Shown: positions 1 to 16,136 of the stretch, in pieces
Layout of the letters: every line of letters starts with the position of its first letter
Position numbering within the stretch: position 1 is the first letter of the stretch
Source of the DNA: Catajapyx aquilonaris
Taxonomy: Eukaryota
Reading direction: 5' to 3'
NCBI GenBank assembly: GCA_000934665.2
Contig: KZ538185.1
Coordinates: 62,008-106,761, forward strand
Length of the DNA: 44,754 bases
Translations under genes and position numbers: made by a program
Notes under the pieces: generated by a model
The model's input: only the letters and a program-made list of their open reading frames with translations
Told to the model about the DNA's origin: nothing
The model's database searches: none

Positions 1-1121
1 CCCCCCCCCCCCTCAAGTCTCCTTAGAAACGTGGTGAAATCGGATTTATTTTGGCAGTAGAAAAGGTGTCTCCCAGTGACGCCTCTTGACGCTTTGCAAT
101 GGCGGCAGCGTCATGTTTGAGCCCTCCCCAGTTGCAGGGCGCTCTAATCCTCTTCAAAAAAAAAAGGCTCCCTTTGCAAATGTACCGGGGGAAAAGCCGT
201 ACCAAACGGCATAATGGAGCGCGTGGCAAACTCCACACCTGCGCGTAAATGACGCTTGCCTATACGATAAAACCCCCTGGTTTGCAAGGTCAACACTGCT
301 GGAAATTACTTGCATTGACAATATTAGATCACTACTAGGTCAACCGGCTAGCCTACAATGACCAGCCGGAGGGGTATGGACGGTACGGTAACCCATATCC
401 GGTGGTATTTGGGCCATCAAGCCCTAAGCTATGGTCAACATCATGTTGATACCCCAAATGTCTGAACACCCTGTACATTCACGTAACCAAGTGACAAGTA
501 TCGCGAATGGCGTCCACATATCCATCAGCTGCGAGTGTCTCCCGTCACAATAGGAGCGCTGTTCGCACGCCATTCAATCGAATGACGGGTATATGGCTTA
601 TTGTGCAGGAGGCATGTCAGGCGGAAGTCGTCCACACTATCGAAGGTTACGCCTTTAACGCCAACACAATTGTCGCTATCTAAAGAATCGGCGTCAATAA
701 CAAAACGGACGCTTCCTCCGCATCGGTATGGACAGACAAAGGATCTAACTTCGTTGGTGGCTCTGTTGTTAGCTGGCCAGCTACCGACGCCAGTTACGCT
801 GTTTGGGAAAGACGGGTGTGGGTTAGAATGTGCACATAAGAGGGTAGTTATGAGGACCTCCAGCGCTCTCACTCTGAGTGAGTTTCCGTGTCCTGGCCGA
901 TATCGCAATTAGTGGGGGGACCTGTTCGGGACAAGGACCCCACCTGGTGAGCCAGGTTCTGGGTCTGATACCAGGTTGGATAAGAACCACCGGTGGTGTG
1001 ACTACTGCTCCATCCATGCGCTTCAATCTCTGTGTGATGTACAGTGAAATTAGCCTCCAAGAGCCAGACACGATCACTTTTCTAACGTATCGGTAAGTAG
1101 AAACTGTCAGCCTACGGCGAA

Positions 1122-1634
1122 CAGATTGGCTGACCGTAACTTACGTTAGGGCGACTACGCAGACGTCAGATTGGCTGGCCGTGACTGACGTTAGGGCGAC
1201 TACGCAGACGTCAGATTGGCTGGCCGTGACTTACGTTAGGGCGACTATGCAGACGTCAGATTGGCTGGCCGTAGCTTACGTTAGGGCGACTACGCAGACG
1301 TCAGATTGGCTGGCCGTGACTGACGTTAGGGCGACTATATGCAGACGTCAGATTGGCTGGCCGTGACTGACGTTAGGGCGACTATATGCAGACGTCAGAT
1401 TGGCTGGCCGTGACTGACGTTAGGGCGACTATATGCAGACGTCAGATTGGCTGGCCGTGACTGACGTTAGGGCGACTATATGCAGACGTCAGATTGGCTG
1501 GCCGTGACTGACGTTAGGGCGACTATATGCAGACGTCAGATTGGCTGGCCGTGACTGACGTTAGGGCGACTATATGCAGACGTCAGATTGGCTGGCCGTG
1601 ACTGACGTTAGGGCGACTATATGCAGACGTCAGA
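1122..1634. repeat. 45/47-bp minisatellite, 11 full units, truncated by N
   Basis: Unit cagattggctggccgtgactgacgttagggcgacta(c/t/tat)gcagacgt, starting at 1122, 1167, 1212, 1257, 1302, 1349, 1396, 1443, 1490, 1537, 1584 and 1631 (partial). Confidence 0.97.
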
Positions 1635-1635
1635 N
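1635..1635. other. Single N, probable contig join
   Basis: N between a truncated minisatellite and a GA run. Other single Ns are at 11383 (after a G run) and 40731. True distances across these positions are uncertain. Confidence 0.75.
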
Positions 1636-1641
1636 GAGAGA

Positions 1642-1675
<34 letters not shown>
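1636..1675. repeat. (GA)n microsatellite
   Basis: About 40 bp of GA with one interruption, immediately after the N at 1635. Confidence 0.95.
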
Positions 1676-1677
<2 letters not shown>

Positions 1678-4600
1678 CGGCGGAACCCTCCAAACACAGC
1701 CAGCCCATTGTCTCTCTATTTGCATCCCCCTTCGGTCCCCTTTCGACGGCACTCAACCTTTCCCAAATGGGCTTTGGCAAAACCACCAATCCCGACCGGG
1801 GATGCCATTGTTGCCGCGCTCTCTTGTCGCCGCGGGAAACACCATCCCCTCCCCTCATCATATTTTTTAAACCCCCTCACTCCTGTTTGTCCCTCCGGAA
1901 CAATCTAATTGCGCACAATGAGTGTTGGTAAAAAGTTCGGGGGGGCTTCACGCCGCCATTGGGTTTTTTGGGTGGATCCGCCATGTTGTTGCCCGACTTT
2001 TAAGATTTAATTACCGGGCATACATTTTGAAAAATGTTGTTTCATCATGAAGTGCACAGCCCAAAAAATAAAAATGGGTCCGCTGTATAGTTGACCCTCT
2101 GCGATGTTTGCGTTGTCGGTGCATTGCATTATTGGTGAGCCCAGGCTCGTTAAACTTGTAACATGAGCAGCCATACATAGGACCCACACCGAATTGATTT
2201 GTGCTTTCAGCCATTGTCTTGGGGGATCTGGATGGCATCATTAAATATCACACCACAGTTCATGCGACGATTATTATCATCCGACAATGAAGAGGTGAAA
2301 AGCAATGGGACTGATCATAATGACACCGGTATCCGTTTCGTGCTAACAATGTGTGTATGACCAAAAGTACACCTTGTGGTACAGGGCGGAAGCAGCTGAC
2401 GTGCCATAATTGGAGCCGAGATGAGAAACCATCGGGTAGATACACTGTTTATACTTTTAACAAGTGTCTTGTCTCCAGGCCTATTCTATAATCATCCCCT
2501 CCATTTGGGTGCGGAAATCACGTGTTGGGAACCGGAGGTCATGATGACCGGTTTAATTTAACAGACTTAACAAGCCGCAATTGTTTGGACTATTTCCCAA
2601 TTTGGGCCAGCAACATGTCGTGCAACAAACGGTACACGGTTCGGCCCTAGTGTACAACTGCTTGGTTGTTACCTTTTGTGAGAATATAAGAGACAGGTTT
2701 CAACACTAAACGTATGACAGGCGAAAGATGGGCTGTCAAAATTGCTGCGTATACGCACCTGCCTAGCCCGCCCTATGTTTATTTGTACAAGGCCAAGCTG
2801 GTGTAAGTCCTGCGGTTATTTGTTGTTCCCTCTAAACTTTGTATGTTTTGTGCATACAAAGCTTGTAATACTATTCCTACACACTGTGGTGCAATATATT
2901 ATATATTAATAACAATATTAATTAAGTTTGTAGCCCACAGTGCAATTTATTAGCGCACTAAATTGTATCATAACACACCAGTTATTTGGCTACAGTATGA
3001 TTAACATTATTTAAATGTAACAACCTGGATTAATTTATGTGATACCATCCCTTCAATTTTGTCATGCATAATTTTAGCCGCAACCACTCCTTGTCCATGT
3101 TGACCATTAATTTCTCTGCATATTTTTCAATATTTAGTGCTTCCGCTGCACTCACAATGCAGCATCGTCACGCTCAAGAATCTGCCCACACCTTGTCACT
3201 AAAAAACAATAAACACCCTCACGTAAACACAATCTACATAAATTACACGCCCCAACTGCCTATTTAAAAAAACCATACACAGACCACCAAGAATCTTCAA
3301 ATAATTGCATCTACAATACCTAAGTTGAAAGTCCTTTTTTTTATATGTCTTTTTGTCTCCCCTTGTAGCTCCCCCATTTGGAGAAGTGGAGTACTTTCCA
3401 GTAGGCATGCAGGGCCATCCATCTTAGTTGAAAGCGACAATGAGCGAGCAGAGGGCTGGCTGGCTTCACACGACCCAGGGAAGCTATAGGCCTCCCCTTG
3501 TCGCCCCTCCTCCCCACAAAAGACCCCGCCGGTTTGCAATTAGCCTAATCAAGGTGGGGACCATGTGACAACCGACCGAATTATTCCTCGGGGCCGTCTG
3601 TGGTGCCCTCCCTCACACACAAAAACCCCCCCTCTCAGATTAAGAGAAGCCCATGAGATAGCTGACACACCGCATATATGGTTAGGTCATCTTGTCAATA
3701 AGCAGATGGCCCCAGGAGGAGGGGTCGTGACAGAGCCACGCCTCTGTGACCACTCTGCGACACTGCAATGGCGACATTTCATTGTTGTATTACGCCCTTC
3801 AATTACACGCACTGGAAACTATAAGTTACGAAGCACCTTATCGTGCGACTATACCATACTATCGTAGAAGGATCTCCAATAATTCCTATTACTCCAGCCC
3901 TGTTCTTCGTGAAATGCAAGGGGGCTGGAACTGTGACGTTTCCGTGACCATGTGTGCTGAATATAAACCCAATTTACTTTTTATTCAAAATAAATAAAAT
4001 ATTAATATTCGGGGCTGTTAATATTAACAGTGATGCGCAGCTACGTTAATGAAGCTGTACCACCCATACACGTAACGGTAATCCCATCTCTGTCACACAC
4101 GTCATGTTACACGAACCCGTTTTCTCCAGGAGGTATCTCCATATAGTGTCAGGCACAAGGAGTCGAGACGCGCGCAGCAAGCAGCCATTACTGTATAACA
4201 TCCGAGTTATGATGACGCCATCGTGAGTGGGAGGGACATAATAACGCTGTTTCGTCCATTCCGTCATAAAATGTGCGAAGGGTGCGATAAATTTCGGTGG
4301 GGGCCCCAGCTTCACTTCTTCATACTCCCCTTTCCGTGTGCAACACCCATTCAAACCGACCAGACACGGTGTTAATACAGAGTTGGACTGTAAATCAAGG
4401 TAGCCAACGGCACTCAATATGGCCGACTATATGGGGGGGAGGAAGAAAATAGGGACAAAATAGTCGTAAAGCTGTGGGACGATCGATGGGCTTTTTCCTG
4501 CAAAATGCAGGGTTTTTGGACACAACCAGGTGTTTTCTATGTACTTGCGGAAACACCCTGTACACGAAGGCGTGGTAGAAGTTTTACAATTTTCCTCATA

Positions 4601-5940
4601 GGGCTGGATTATTAAAACTGGATTCGCGCTTACGTAAAGCAATAATGACCGGTTTTGTTATCCGAAACCAAGGTTTACTGTCAGTACTTGGTGCCAGTAT
4701 TGCATAGCATATAATTATTTTACTTTTATAGTATTATGGCAGGAAATATATCCCACATTATACGAGCCTTAAAAATTATGACGCAATTCCATAAAAATAT
4801 TTATGTATAATTTTGGACTTCACTCGAAGACGTTCCTTATAAATAACGCCATGTATTTTCTACATGCATACCACCAAAATTTTAACCCAATAATTTTCGG
4901 GAGTTCTACGAAACCCTGCATTACTTATGCACCACCTTTAAGAACCCATAACAAGTCCTACCGCACTATTTTGTCCCTCAACTCCCCCCCCCCTCCCTCC
5001 ACCCCCTTGAAACTTTGATGGCCAATTCGGCCAATGGCCTCCGACCCAAGTGATTGTTTGCCATCAATTCCAACAAATAATACCCAGTTATTGGCTCTCC
5101 CCCTACCGAGTTCCAGAAAAAGAGTTACGATCCCAATTGGGAAATTGGGTCGTTTTGGTGGCTTGCAAACCCCCCCGGAGCATTTGTGGCGCCTCCGTGG
5201 TGCACACCCGACATCAGATATGCCCATCCATCCGCCGCCCCCTCCAAGAAGATCAAGATCCCTGGTACTGGGAAGGAATGGTAGATTCTAATATACCCTT
5301 CTCCACGTGCGCTAATTTCATGCGCTGGAACAACTGGCGTCTGCCTGTGGCGCCGGCGCCTCTCATGATTACTTATCAACCGTCCCAGATCAACACGTAT
5401 TTAACCCATACCGGTAGATGTCACGCCTAAAAGCCCACCCTTACCAACCTCTACCTCCCGCAAAATTTTTTAAAAAAAGACAAATGAGCTCTTCTTCTTA
5501 TTTCCCCTGAGAGGCATGTCTCGAGGCGACGCTGTTGTTATTTACTTATGTCCAATTTTCTCCTGTCAGCTCCCAGCACCAGAAGGAAATTCTTTCCGCC
5601 CTTGTCTCATCTGCATGGCAAATGCGGGTCGCTGCCACCAGCCACCGCCGCGGTATAATCATGTGGAAATACTACTTCCTCAAGATTCGCTGGGACCCCA
5701 CCGTTTTATTCATTCATTCAGACTCTTAGGCGACCCTGTTACAGGTCAAGCAACCTTGTCATGTGATGTCATTGGTAAATAAATGGTCAACCAAAAAAAT
5801 ATAAAGTTTCAAATAAATAAATAAACCCTGATTGAGGTTGTATTGAAGAGTCCGTTTCCATAACTATGCCAAGATCACCACAAGTTGGTGGTAAAAACAA
5901 TTTTGGTATAGGGTGTGGTATAAATCACTCGGCGTGATCA

Positions 5941-8985
<3,045 letters not shown>

Positions 8986-11900
8986 CTGGAAGAAGAAATT
9001 CATACAAGGGTCATCCTGGGCCGAATACCCTGCTGACCACTGGATGGTATGTCCACAGCTGTGAAAACAATGCCCGACAAGATTTATCGCCCATGTTCCT
9101 CCATAATCAACAATGATCACCTCCAGTGACATCTTAGTTTGCAAAACTCGTTACCTCAATGCATTCCCCCCGCAAATTACACCCAGTTTTTTTTTTGTCG
9201 TCCCTCTCAACCACCATGGGCCACATACTCATCCTTGATGCTGTGACATTGAGCAGTCACTCACCTCCCCAAAAAACCCCACACATATGCTGATAAAACC
9301 CATGACACGCACGCATAACTCAACACCCAAGTGATTACCATGTTCAAGCGTCACCTGCAACACCGATACCCTGCTCAAAAAAAAATGGTGCAACACTCAA
9401 GATGGCGAGTCTATCAGTGGCCTGATCCCCCTGTGCGCTCTGCTGGAGCCCTTTGTCCAACCCTGGTAGAGCCGCGGACCTTCCTCTTGTCCACCACCAG
9501 CCAACAATACAAGCGCGCTCAAGAGGAAGACACGACCAGACAGCTGGTATCATCACATGGGCCACGTCGCCAAATTTGCCCAACAAATATACACCGAATG
9601 TACAAGGTGCATCAAAAATATTACGAATACAAAATAATTTAATTTTGACCATACCCCTGTATCCAGCACCCAGTAATTGGTTACCTGGTCTGCCTGGTTT
9701 TTTTAATTATTACCTCGTTAGTCTTTATACGCCGGGGCTCTGGGACTGTAAGTTACACTTGCGGCGTGAACTCAGACCCCCTCCCGGATGCAATAATAAT
9801 TTGGGAACCGCCGAAAAAAAAACCCCTGGAATTACCGTATAAATTCTCTCACCCTCGACTTGGAGGAATTCATAACTTTTTTAATGACGGCGATGACCAT
9901 GTGACGTCACTATCGTCCAGGTTCATTAGAAATTTCGAGCATTTTGAGCCCCCCCCCTCTCTCATTAGAACTTGGAAGTCGGCTTGTCTATAATTTACTC
10001 CTGAGGGGCTGACCACACAGGCGCGACCCGTACAATGTACAGGGTGTGAAACACTGGCAACTCTGCTGGGGATCCTGGTCCTCGTAAATCCGGGCAAAGA
10101 GTACCGGCGGCGACAGCGATCCTTGGTTTTACTGGTGGGGGGACAGATGCCCTGGGGGTCCCCCTTTTTGGTGAGGTTTTTGGGGGGACCCCCGCCGCCT
10201 CTCGCCTGCCTAGCCGCGGACAAGAGGATGCGTCCTGACCCGGTCACTTGTCCCCGGTCCCGGCTTGCCACCTTTTACGGGCCAATTAATTGCGTCGCTT
10301 GAGTGTTTCCCAGACCGTTCCTTGGTGCGGCGACGGCGTGTCCCGAGATACCCGAGGGGATTTTCGGGGGTCCCATGGTGCAAAAGGGCTCCATTTGTAA
10401 CGGACGCTAAGGCTTCCAAGTTTGGGTGAAAAGTGTGTAGATTGCCCCCTAATGTGGCCACTTTTAGCTCCAAAATTTTTAACGGGTTTGCTAATTAGTG
10501 GTGGAATAATTGCTTATAAAATTACGTTCTGGGAAAACATTGTTGTACTATTATATTAATTTATAGATTTGCTGTTGAAGACTTTTCTAGAGCTCGTACA
10601 CAAGTTGGTGCGTTACCATGCGCATTCAGTTTAGGTATTTAAGTACACTGATAACAGGTTATTTCTATGAATTATTGTACTATGTAGCTTTAATGTGGAC
10701 GAGTAATGCCGAGAGCTCAAGGCTACATATGACTTACTATAAGCAATTATTAACACTGTCGTTATGTAATGTCATGGTACATGTGTGTCGAAGTCAACCA
10801 TACATTTATTATTTGGCTTCGGTCTATACATCGCTGACTTTTATAGCCGGGGAAGTCGTAATGGTGTTTCATTTATTTTAATTGTCATCGATCGCTAATA
10901 AATGCTGTACTGCTAAATAACGTGATAAGTATAAATTTTTAATTACTCATACGATAAGCAGTAGACCAGATAAAAACTCAACATGTCCACTAATCAGCCA
11001 GTTGCCCCCAAAAAAATTTGATTACTATTGTACCGTACGCGTACCCTGGAATATGGTGAGGGCACAAATCAAGAAGGGCTTCTGATTACCTCTTTCTGGC
11101 AGGCCTGCTAAGAACAAACCGGTTCCCTCTAATCAGGCGATTTTAAAACCCCTTAGCTCATGGGACGCCATGGATTTATGTTCGTTAGTTTGGCGTATGC
11201 GGCTCAAATAACCCCGGCAATGCTGCTGCTTCTTCAGACGGTCAAAATTTTTATTGATAATATCTCACCATCTTGGTCGACAGGTGTAAAGAGAAGCCGA
11301 AACCCTTGCCCCTGAGTGTACCTGGATATCATCTCCTCTTTAGTTTGTTTTACAGTCGCCATACACAATGTAAGGGGGGGGGNGCATGTAGTAAGACCCT
11401 TTAATGACACCATCAATCTACAACTTCTGAAGAACCGACCAAGTTGGCTGTTGTCCCCATGTCTTATTGTCCTGTCTGTCCATTAATTTGTCACCGTCTA
11501 GAGAAGGTTTTTAGCCAAAAGTTGCAACCGGCCAGGCGACCATGATGTGGCATATATGGTGGTAACTAATGGCGGTGTGAAAGGTTGCCCATCTAACCCC
11601 ATGGTACGCCACGATCTCGACCGTAAATCGTCGCCTGTTGACCCGCATTCGAGCACCATTTCACTCTGACGTAATTCCATCAATGTAACATGCATCAAAC
11701 AGTGGTTTCTCCGGTTTGATCCTTTCAGAAAAAGAAGAAAAAAAAAATGGACACCACCCACTTTCTGAAAGAAATCGACCGTTTTCGTGCATATGTAAGT
11801 GAAAGGAGAAACTGAAATATTTTCCATACAATTTTAATTTTTCCTACTAATTCAAGCGGAAATTGGCCTTGTTAGCAAAACGGAAAAGCAAATTATCCAA

Positions 11901-12556
11901 GCTCCCCTTGATGACTGAAAATGACCTCCTACCCCATGCCTCAAAAGTCAGCTGCAGGCCCAATTTGTCGTCGCGCCCAATCCCCATCCAGGCCCATTAG
12001 CCCATGGACTCTCCTTTTGGCCCACCCTATCCATCCCCTTCGCACTTCCAACCGCCTCGGATCACTCACTCCTTTTCCCATGGCAAAGAGCCCAAGAGGC
12101 GGCAATTTTCACGTTTCATTTTTTTGTTTTTTGGAGAAGGCGTATTTCCAACCCCTATCCCAAAAACCCTAGGCCCAGAGGAAGTAATTACCGCTCTTTA
12201 TCTTGCGCCTAACCACCACACAAATGTTTGTACAGCCGAGTAGCGTAATCAATCCTCAGACCTACGTCTCCCCCATCTGCTGCTTCTGGAATTCCACACC
12301 GCCATCAGCGACAGAAGACGGGGTTCACACGGACGTTGCTGTGGTTGAGACAACCAACAGTTGTGATTATTCCCTAAACTATAAACGCTGCGCTGTTCAA
12401 CAATTAAACCTAATATTAACCGCTAATATTTTAATAAACTAATCAATCAGTAGATGACGCACGCTGCTTCCTACCGACATTTTAATGTATTATAAATAAA
12501 TATATAATATATATTTATTTATAATGGACCGCCTATTATCCCAATGGGGTTATATT

Positions 12557-12798
12557 ATATAACCCCATTGGGAGAATAGGCGGTCCATTAGGGGGGTGGA
12601 ATACAACCATTTTACATATCAATTTTTCTGAAATTTCTTCACACATGGATGTGGCCAGGATAGGGAAGGAAGCGGCTGTGGCCTATTGTACGGAAGCGAC
12701 CCCGGAATTATCCTGAAAACCACGGAAAACCCCATTCAGGATCGCCGGCCCCGAGAATCGAACCCAGGACCTCCCGATTAGCACCAACCTGCTTCGGT
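12557..12798 (-). mobile_element. tRNA-derived SINE, copy 1 (A-box region deleted)
   Basis: Shares tccattaggggggtggaatac, agcgaccccggaattatcctg, aaaaccacgg, aggatc.ccggc, gaatcgaacccagg and cctcc.gattagca with 22935-23112. Pol III B-box GGTTCGATTC on the minus strand at 12764-12755. Confidence 0.8.
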
Positions 12799-15700
12799 AA
12801 TGTATGATAAATAATTAAAATAACCTGTTAGTACGACTTTGACAGTAGTTTGGAGCATATTGTACCCCAAAAATTAAAATAAGTACCGACGTTCACAGGA
12901 ACGACAAAACTGCCGTTCTTATCTCCATCCGTGGAGGCCAGCGATTGGTCAGCTATCATATCTATTGGGTTAGAAGCATTCGCGTGCTTTGAGGCCGTTT
13001 TTAAGCGGCCCCTGGAAAAGAGCTTTGCCGCCATAATCGGCCCGAATCTAGCCCCGTCGTAGATTAAGACTGGCCACTAGGAGTTATAGTCTTGTGGCTA
13101 ATAGTTAGTGGCCACTTTTCACTTAAATACGCACCAAGAGTTCGGGGTCTTGCTGCCTTTCAGACTCAGTGCGACACTCTAAAAAAAAAGTTTATTTTGA
13201 GTTTTTAATGACACCTGGAAACGGCCGGGCCTTAATGAGACGTGCATGGGCATAACTCACTGTCTGCCGGTGTCGGTAGAGGCAAGGAAGCGTTACATTT
13301 CTTTATCCCCAATCAGGCGATGCTATTAATTACAATGTGGTACACAGTAGCGGCCAGTATTTTTTTTTTAACTGTTAAAAAATTTAAGCATTGTCGCAAC
13401 CCTGTTTGACATCCCCAAGCACAAACCGCATTAAAAATTAATATTCCAATCGGCCTCCCTCGCATGCGACACAATTTCATCACCGTAGGTCTATGGCGCC
13501 GGCCGGCATTTCTCATTTGGCCGCCGGAAACCCGAGGTCTGGAAGAAGGTCCGGCCATGCGCGAAATTGCCATCCTCCCCAACCCCTAGCCTGCTAGGTG
13601 TGAGCCTATAGCAACTAGCTGGCGTCGCTTTTTGGCACCCAAAGGTACAACAGACGCCTTGTGCCGCAACGTTTGTCGCTCTTTCTTTTTTAGATTAAAA
13701 AAAAAAAAATTCAGGCCGGATTTCCCACCCACTGAACTTCGTTTTCTACGTACCGGGGACCCCTCCGCCCCTAACCACTTATCTGGCGTAATTACTGCAC
13801 CTAATGAGAGTCCACACGGTCTGGCCTAAACGCCATTTGTGTGGTGTGATCATGGCGGATTTTTACTCACCCATGATTGCTCTGGAGAGACAAACATGTT
13901 CAAAATCAGCTCCCTACAACTGTTGGGAGGACTCAATATGGCTGCGGCTGGGTAGTTCGGACCTCGGACCCTAGAGGGATGGTGGCGGTGGCGCAACTTA
14001 ACAATAAAATTAACGACAAGACGTTCCAAGCAAATGCTAGCCTTTTAGTCACCCAACCGCAGCCATTTTGAGTCCACACCCCGCCATCTCATCTGCAAGA
14101 TTAATCAGTCCTAATGGAAAGCAGGCGCCTTATTCCGATTGTAGTGAGGTGTCCCGGCCTGCATCCTCTCGGCCGTATAGCCGTGAATTAATCAAGAGGA
14201 GCACGCCCCGGAAAGAGTTAGCAACACTCCGGAATAGGCTAGTGCTCCCCACCGCCTTGCTCTGGCACGTTTCAGAGCCGCATCCCCCTAAGAGTCCTCT
14301 TTCCTCCGTTGCTGAATGCTGCAGGTCGCTTTTCTGTCAGTTCCCTGAGAGACCTCCGGAACCTCCTAATTTGATTACGCCTGCCGAGTTTCTCCTCTGC
14401 CGCCGCCGCCTCCTCTCTCACCTCATCTCGTCTTGGCCAAACACGAGAGCTTGCGCATCCAATTCCCTCTCAGCTCACGCCTATTCCACCCCTGCACAAT
14501 CCCCATGTCTCCTCCAGGACTCTAAAGGGGAACGTTGTCGCATAGCCGTGACTTTCAGCACGGTTGAGTGTGGCGGCGCCACCTGGGGAGGAGCCCCCTT
14601 GTCAAGCCGGACCCGGGGATCGAACCGGCTACCCAGATTAAGTGAGAAAAGTCTTGCAGGCATTTTCTGCCATCTCCCAAAAAGCTGGGGAATCCTTTAA
14701 TCGGATTTTGCCGCTCGGGAATAAAGGCATCGACTCCAGAATGTGAGTGCTGCTGCCTCAGCGCAAGACACAACAGAACCTTCCTAAAGTTTCTCCAAGC
14801 AACTACATATGGACTTTTTTTTTTCCTTTCCTTCTGCCTATTCCACCAATCGCTCTATACCTCCCCGAAGGAGGGTTCAAAGTGCTGGCTCAGTTCGAAT
14901 GAAGCTGACTTCGCTCTCAGACTTCTTCCCCATAATCCGTTTTGATCAAAGAAATGACTTGGCGCCTTCTTACTCCAAACCAGGCGACAATATTGCTGAA
15001 TATACGCAGCAACGCAGTTATTTGTCCGGGAAAACCCACTTCTGTATAGATTACCCAGAGCGCTACAAATAGTGTCCGAAATGTATCAAAATTTTTGCGA
15101 ATATGCCCAATTATGGAGCAAAATTCCGCCTTTAAGACATCATAATCCTCAGTGGTCAACTTCTGACACCATGTTGCGAGGTACATTCAAGAATTCTGAC
15201 TCTCTCCCACCCCGTCAGTGCCTGGCATACCGAAGGGATTCCCACCTGCCCCCCTCGAAATTTCCATCGACAAGCCAGCAGCATCCGTCGGCTGGAGCTT
15301 TTCCAGCCATCCCTCGGGAGCTGCATCTCCCTTCATCTAACAACCTTCCCCCCAGAATCCTCTAGCAAGGCTTCCACGTTTGAGGCCCCCTTCCGACTGG
15401 GATGGATAGCAAGCCGCACAGTAGCGAGAGAACATTAATTTGGGGTCTGATATAGGATTTGGGGTGAAAGCTTCTTTGCCTGGTGGATCCCCGGGAGATT
15501 CTCCTGGAACCATAACTCACCCCTCCTGCTTCTCTTCCTTGTGATGGACTCCCGGGCTATAATTTATTCAATGTATGACAGGCTCGGCGCCTGTGGGATA
15601 AAGCCCTGAGACGAGTTGGCGGGGATCACATTCTATCAAGGCGGGGATGGGGAGGACGGGGAGTGGCCTGTTGTGAAGCGTGAAGAGGACCGAGGGGGTA

Positions 15701-15883
15701 ACCAGGAACACCAGGCCCACCATTTTTATATAGAAAGGTGAATGCCGGTCCTCATGGCCCAAAATGGAGGATCTTTTGTTCCGGTTGGAAAGGGCCGGCC
15801 GCCAGATGACAGGGTTTTACCTCTACAGAATGAGGCGATGATGAGCATTATTAGTACTGAGTCACGTCAATTCACTAATTCTC

Positions 15884-16136
15884 TGAGTATCACAACTCAT
15901 CAGTATGAGTATCGCCTCAATTCGTCAATTTGAGTATCACAACGCATCGATTTGAGTATCGCGACTCATCAGTTTGAGTATCAACTCAATTCGTCAATTT
16001 GAGTATCACAACGCATCGATTTGAGTATATCGAAACTGATCAGTTTGAGAATCGCATCAATTAAGCAATTTGAGTATCATAACGCATCAGTTTGAGTATC
16101 GCGTCAGTTCTCGCCACAAAATTATCAGTTTGAGTA
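15884..16136. repeat. Degenerate 22-25 bp tandem array (TGAGTATC core), 11 copies
   Basis: Core at 15884, 15906, 15931, 15953, 15975, 16000, 16022, 16046, 16071, 16093 and 16131. Confidence 0.9.

Noticed and set aside
1122..1634. Regular 45-47 bp repeat as a CRISPR array
   Set aside because: Units are contiguous with no unique spacers, no cas genes are present, and the context is a eukaryotic intron.
2882..2942. Transib-like mini-element (cactgtgg...ccacagtg)
   Set aside because: 8-bp inverted match only, with no 5-bp target-site duplication.
14600..14680. Isolated B-box GGTTCGATCCC (minus strand, 14626-14616) as a tRNA or SINE
   Set aside because: No convincing A-box or cloverleaf and no second copy in the window; it could be an old SINE head but I cannot support it.
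14068..14700. Longest ORF in the track (210 aa, + strand)
   Set aside because: Non-ATG start, Ser/Pro/Arg-rich composition, no recognisable domain, and antisense within omb intron 1; consistent with a chance ORF in GC-rich DNA.
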